DNA of 17,001 nt from an uncultured archaeon (GTDB lineage Archaea > Asgardarchaeota > Lokiarchaeia > Sigyniarchaeales > SOKP01): NCBI GenBank assembly GCA_964508365.1, contig CAZDTP010000051.1, positions 14,176 through 31,176 of the forward strand, read 5' to 3'. The translations under genes and the position numbers were made by a program. Shown here in pieces: positions 14,585 to 17,001 of the stretch (the first letter of the stretch is position 1; each line of letters begins with the position of its first letter). A model generated the notes under the pieces. That model was given only the letters and a program-made list of their open reading frames with translations. It searched no databases and was not told where the DNA came from.

Positions 14585-15076
14585 TTACTCTCTCACTATC
14601 TTGTTCATCAAAATCGCGCTCATAAGAACTAAGCCACCTCCTATAAGATTAATAACAAAACCATACCCAATAACAAAATAATTAAAAAGAAAGGTTTCAC
14701 CAAGCATGATGATCTTAAAAAGTATCAACCATAGTACTGTTAAAACAAGAGTCAAAATTGCTAATAATGAAAAGTATTTTCTCATCTTCTTTGTGAAATT
14801 TTGGGTTCTTCTAAATTCTAATAATAATTTTGCATTTTTAACTGCAAATACAATAATTATAATGGAAAATATTATCCCATATATCGAGATATTTGATAGC
14901 ATACCCATGTATTCTCCGCTTACATCTATCCAAAATCCCCACATCCAAATATAACCATTAATCCCTGTGGGAAAATCTGGATTTTTAGGTATCATGATGG
15001 GTAAAAAGACCAAAGAAATCATTATGATTACGGTCCCAATTGAATTAAAAATCCAAAATTTACTGAAATTAACCAT
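14585..15076 (-). CDS. Hypothetical four-TM membrane protein, 163 aa
   Basis: Four hydrophobic segments; GAGTGA RBS-like sequence upstream. Confidence 0.75.
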   Translation of the reverse strand: MVNFSKFWIFNSIGTVIIMISLVFLPIMIPKNPDFPTGINGYIWMWGFWIDVSGEYMGMLSNISIYGIIFSIIIIVFAVKNAKLLLEFRRTQNFTKKMRKYFSLLAILTLVLTVLWLILFKIIMLGETFLFNYFVIGYGFVINLIGGGLVLMSAILMNKIVRE

Positions 15077-15157
15077 TTCTTATCACTCTAAAAAAAAATT
15101 TTTTTTTAACTTTATATTATCTATCTTCTTTTTTACCTAAAAAGGATTGTAATTAGG

Positions 15158-15856
15158 TTAGTTTTTAGCGCTATTTTCATTATTTTCCTCTGGCTTCATT
15201 TTTGCGAGATATTCGAGGTATCCTTCATTTTTCTCTTTTTCTTTCTTGGAAAGATTGTGAAAATCGGGATGTATTATGAAAAACAGAATTATTGGCAAAA
15301 CAAAGAAACTTAAGATATATACAATAATAATAGTATTTTCGAATAACATAAAATTATGCGCATCGTGTTCTTTAATACTATGAGTATAAACGAGATTATA
15401 ATTCACAGTGCCATTCTGTGGATTACTGTTCAATTGATAGTTTAAATCAACGGAGCCTTGACAAGTTAAATTGTCTCCAAATGATAATTCAATAGTTCTT
15501 GAGGATATTATCTTGGGCCAGTAGACTAAGGTACCATTATATGTGTATAGATTTATTGCATTCTGATAAATATCACAGTCAATTCTTTCAATTTCCACAT
15601 CTGTTACACTTGCATTAAATGTGAAATCAATTTCCACATAATATAAATATGCAACCGGACTTAATAAGCCTGAATTTAACTCTACATTCATAGCAACATT
15701 CACATCAACATCACCGTCAATAGTTTGATTTTTAATCTTGTTAAATCCAAAAAAATAATCCATCATGCCTAGTAGCGGATTCAAACACAATAAAACTACA
15801 ATAGTTAGAATTGTAAAAACTATAAATATAAAATTAGATTTTTTAGACTTTACCAT
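15158..15856 (-). CDS. Hypothetical protein with two TM helices flanking a beta-rich extracellular domain, 232 aa
   Basis: GGAGG RBS upstream; N- and C-terminal TM segments; charged tail. Confidence 0.8.
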   Translation of the reverse strand: MVKSKKSNFIFIVFTILTIVVLLCLNPLLGMMDYFFGFNKIKNQTIDGDVDVNVAMNVELNSGLLSPVAYLYYVEIDFTFNASVTDVEIERIDCDIYQNAINLYTYNGTLVYWPKIISSRTIELSFGDNLTCQGSVDLNYQLNSNPQNGTVNYNLVYTHSIKEHDAHNFMLFENTIIIVYILSFFVLPIILFFIIHPDFHNLSKKEKEKNEGYLEYLAKMKPEENNENSAKN

Positions 15857-15938
15857 CTTTCTCCCTCCAGTTTTTGTAAAACAACAATTTAGAATACAAA
15901 TACATTTCTATATATTGTATTAAGAAAGGAGTATTTTA

Positions 15939-16055
15939 ATGTTGTGTTCTGAGAACAAAAGAGCTGAGAAAATTGTGATTTACAGTATGAATCGTGGTTG
16001 CTCCAGAAATCGTGAATTTTTGCTTTTGGGTAAATTGTGTAAAAAATTAGTATAG
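15939..16055 (+). CDS. Possible 38-aa small ORF
   Basis: AAGGAG 7 nt before the ATG; MLCSENKRAEKIVIYSMNRGCSRNREFLLLGKLCKKLV*. Could be chance. Confidence 0.2.
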   Translation: MLCSENKRAEKIVIYSMNRGCSRNREFLLLGKLCKKLV

Positions 16056-16072
16056 GAAAATAAACTTTGCTT

Positions 16073-17001
16073 TTATGTATTGGAAAACACTTGAATATTC
16101 AAAGTGGGCCAACTGTTATCTCCGTTTAAAAAAGAAGGATCAGTTTTGGGTTGAGTTTGATTAAAAATATCAGTAGCTTTCACATTTATTGTTATATAAC
16201 CTCGTTCGGTAGCTACTAAATTTATTACCCAGAAAACCCAAACATTGTCAAAATCAACGGTTTTAACTATTTCTGCTTGATGCCAGTCAAGTCCATCGTT
16301 GAGGGTATATTCTACTTTTGATATTCTAGTTCCTCCATACGCTGCGCCACCTATTAAAATTGAATCTCCGATATTTACCGGATGATAATTGTTAGGGAAA
16401 AAAAATTTTGAATCTACTAGCATACGAGGCGAAGTATCCCAACCACGATCATCCCAAAAATCCTTTAAAGGCATATCAATTACCTCAATTTCGATTACCC
16501 AAGCTGGTTGTTTGGCTCCATAATAACCAGGATTTATTACTCTTAAAGGAAATCCCTGAATTGGAGGTAAAGTTAAATTATTGAGGTAAAGCGCTCCGAT
16601 AACTGTATTGTTCATTAGCTGCTCCATTGTGTGGGTTGCATAATAACCATCTGCCGCGTAATATTTAACTCCAGTTGCATTACTCTTTAATCCAAGTGTG
16701 TTTATTAGGTTATAAATGCTAAATCCCGTCCAATTAGCCGTGGAAATTAACGAACCATCAGAAGGGTTTCCAATGCATTCTATTGTTAATGGAAATTCAA
16801 TTAATGGTAGAGCTCGCAACTCAGAAAGACTATAATTTGTAGGATTTTCGATGCAACCGGTTATCTTTAATTCGTAACTATGCTCGTCAATCTCAGGAAT
16901 GACTCCGATATTAGCAACAAAATAATCCTGGGTCTTAGTATAAAAATCGGGAAAGTTAATTAGATCGTCTAAATCATTGTTATTATTTGGAACCGGATAA
17001 A
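16073..17001 (-). CDS. Sulfite-oxidase-family molybdopterin-dependent oxidoreductase with a Mo-co dimerisation-type C-domain; 5' end lies outside the window
   Basis: The frame is open from 16999 (YPVPNNNNDLDDLINFPDFYTKTQDYFVANIGVIPEIDEHSYELKITGCIENP...), so the track start at 16819 is internal. Mo-ligand Cys in TIECIGN; NWTG; GFPLRVINPGYYGAKQPAWV; GAAYGGTRISKVEY...GLDWHQA. Confidence 0.88.
   Translation of the reverse strand, partial: YPVPNNNNDLDDLINFPDFYTKTQDYFVANIGVIPEIDEHSYELKITGCIENPTNYSLSELRALPLIEFPLTIECIGNPSDGSLISTANWTGFSIYNLINTLGLKSNATGVKYYAADGYYATHTMEQLMNNTVIGALYLNNLTLPPIQGFPLRVINPGYYGAKQPAWVIEIEVIDMPLKDFWDDRGWDTSPRMLVDSKFFFPNNYHPVNIGDSILIGGAAYGGTRISKVEYTLNDGLDWHQAEIVKTVDFDNVWVFWVINLVATERGYITINVKATDIFNQTQPKTDPSFLNGDNSWPTLNIQVFSNT

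Noticed and set aside
14706-14954. 82-aa plus-strand ORF
   Set aside because: Antisense shadow of the four-TM gene.
1-17001. CRISPR array, tRNA, rRNA, IS element or integrase
   Set aside because: No regularly spaced repeats, cloverleaf-like GC-rich segments, or DDE/tyrosine/serine recombinase motifs were seen.

Overview
AT-rich archaeal DNA, most likely from an Asgard archaeon (Lokiarchaeia-like). This is inferred from the archaeal RadA, FEN1 and RPA homologs, GGTGA/GGAGG ribosome-binding sites, oligo-T terminators and the style of the surface proteins; it was not confirmed by a search. The core of the window is a loose cluster of divergent recombination/repair genes: a RadA with an extra C-terminal HhH domain (2032-3324), a FEN1 lacking one catalytic Glu (7450-8550), a possible TFB/cyclin-fold protein (8641-9249) and an RPA-like OB-fold protein (9371-10297). 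Small membrane proteins and a Cys-rich protein sit among them. Accessory genes are interleaved: two membrane-anchored C1q/TNF-like proteins, an ICMT/PEMT-family methyltransferase broken by an in-frame TAG, a 974-aa beta-helix surface protein, a DUF998 protein and a 5'-truncated sulfite-oxidase-family molybdoenzyme. The most striking structure is that the last 234 bp of the RPA gene recur, about 79% identical and with mostly synonymous or conservative changes, on the far side of the CG-poor beta-helix gene. A smaller duplication of the same kind lies at 126-298. No rRNA, tRNA, CRISPR array, integrase or transposase was recognised. All counts and alignments were done by hand.
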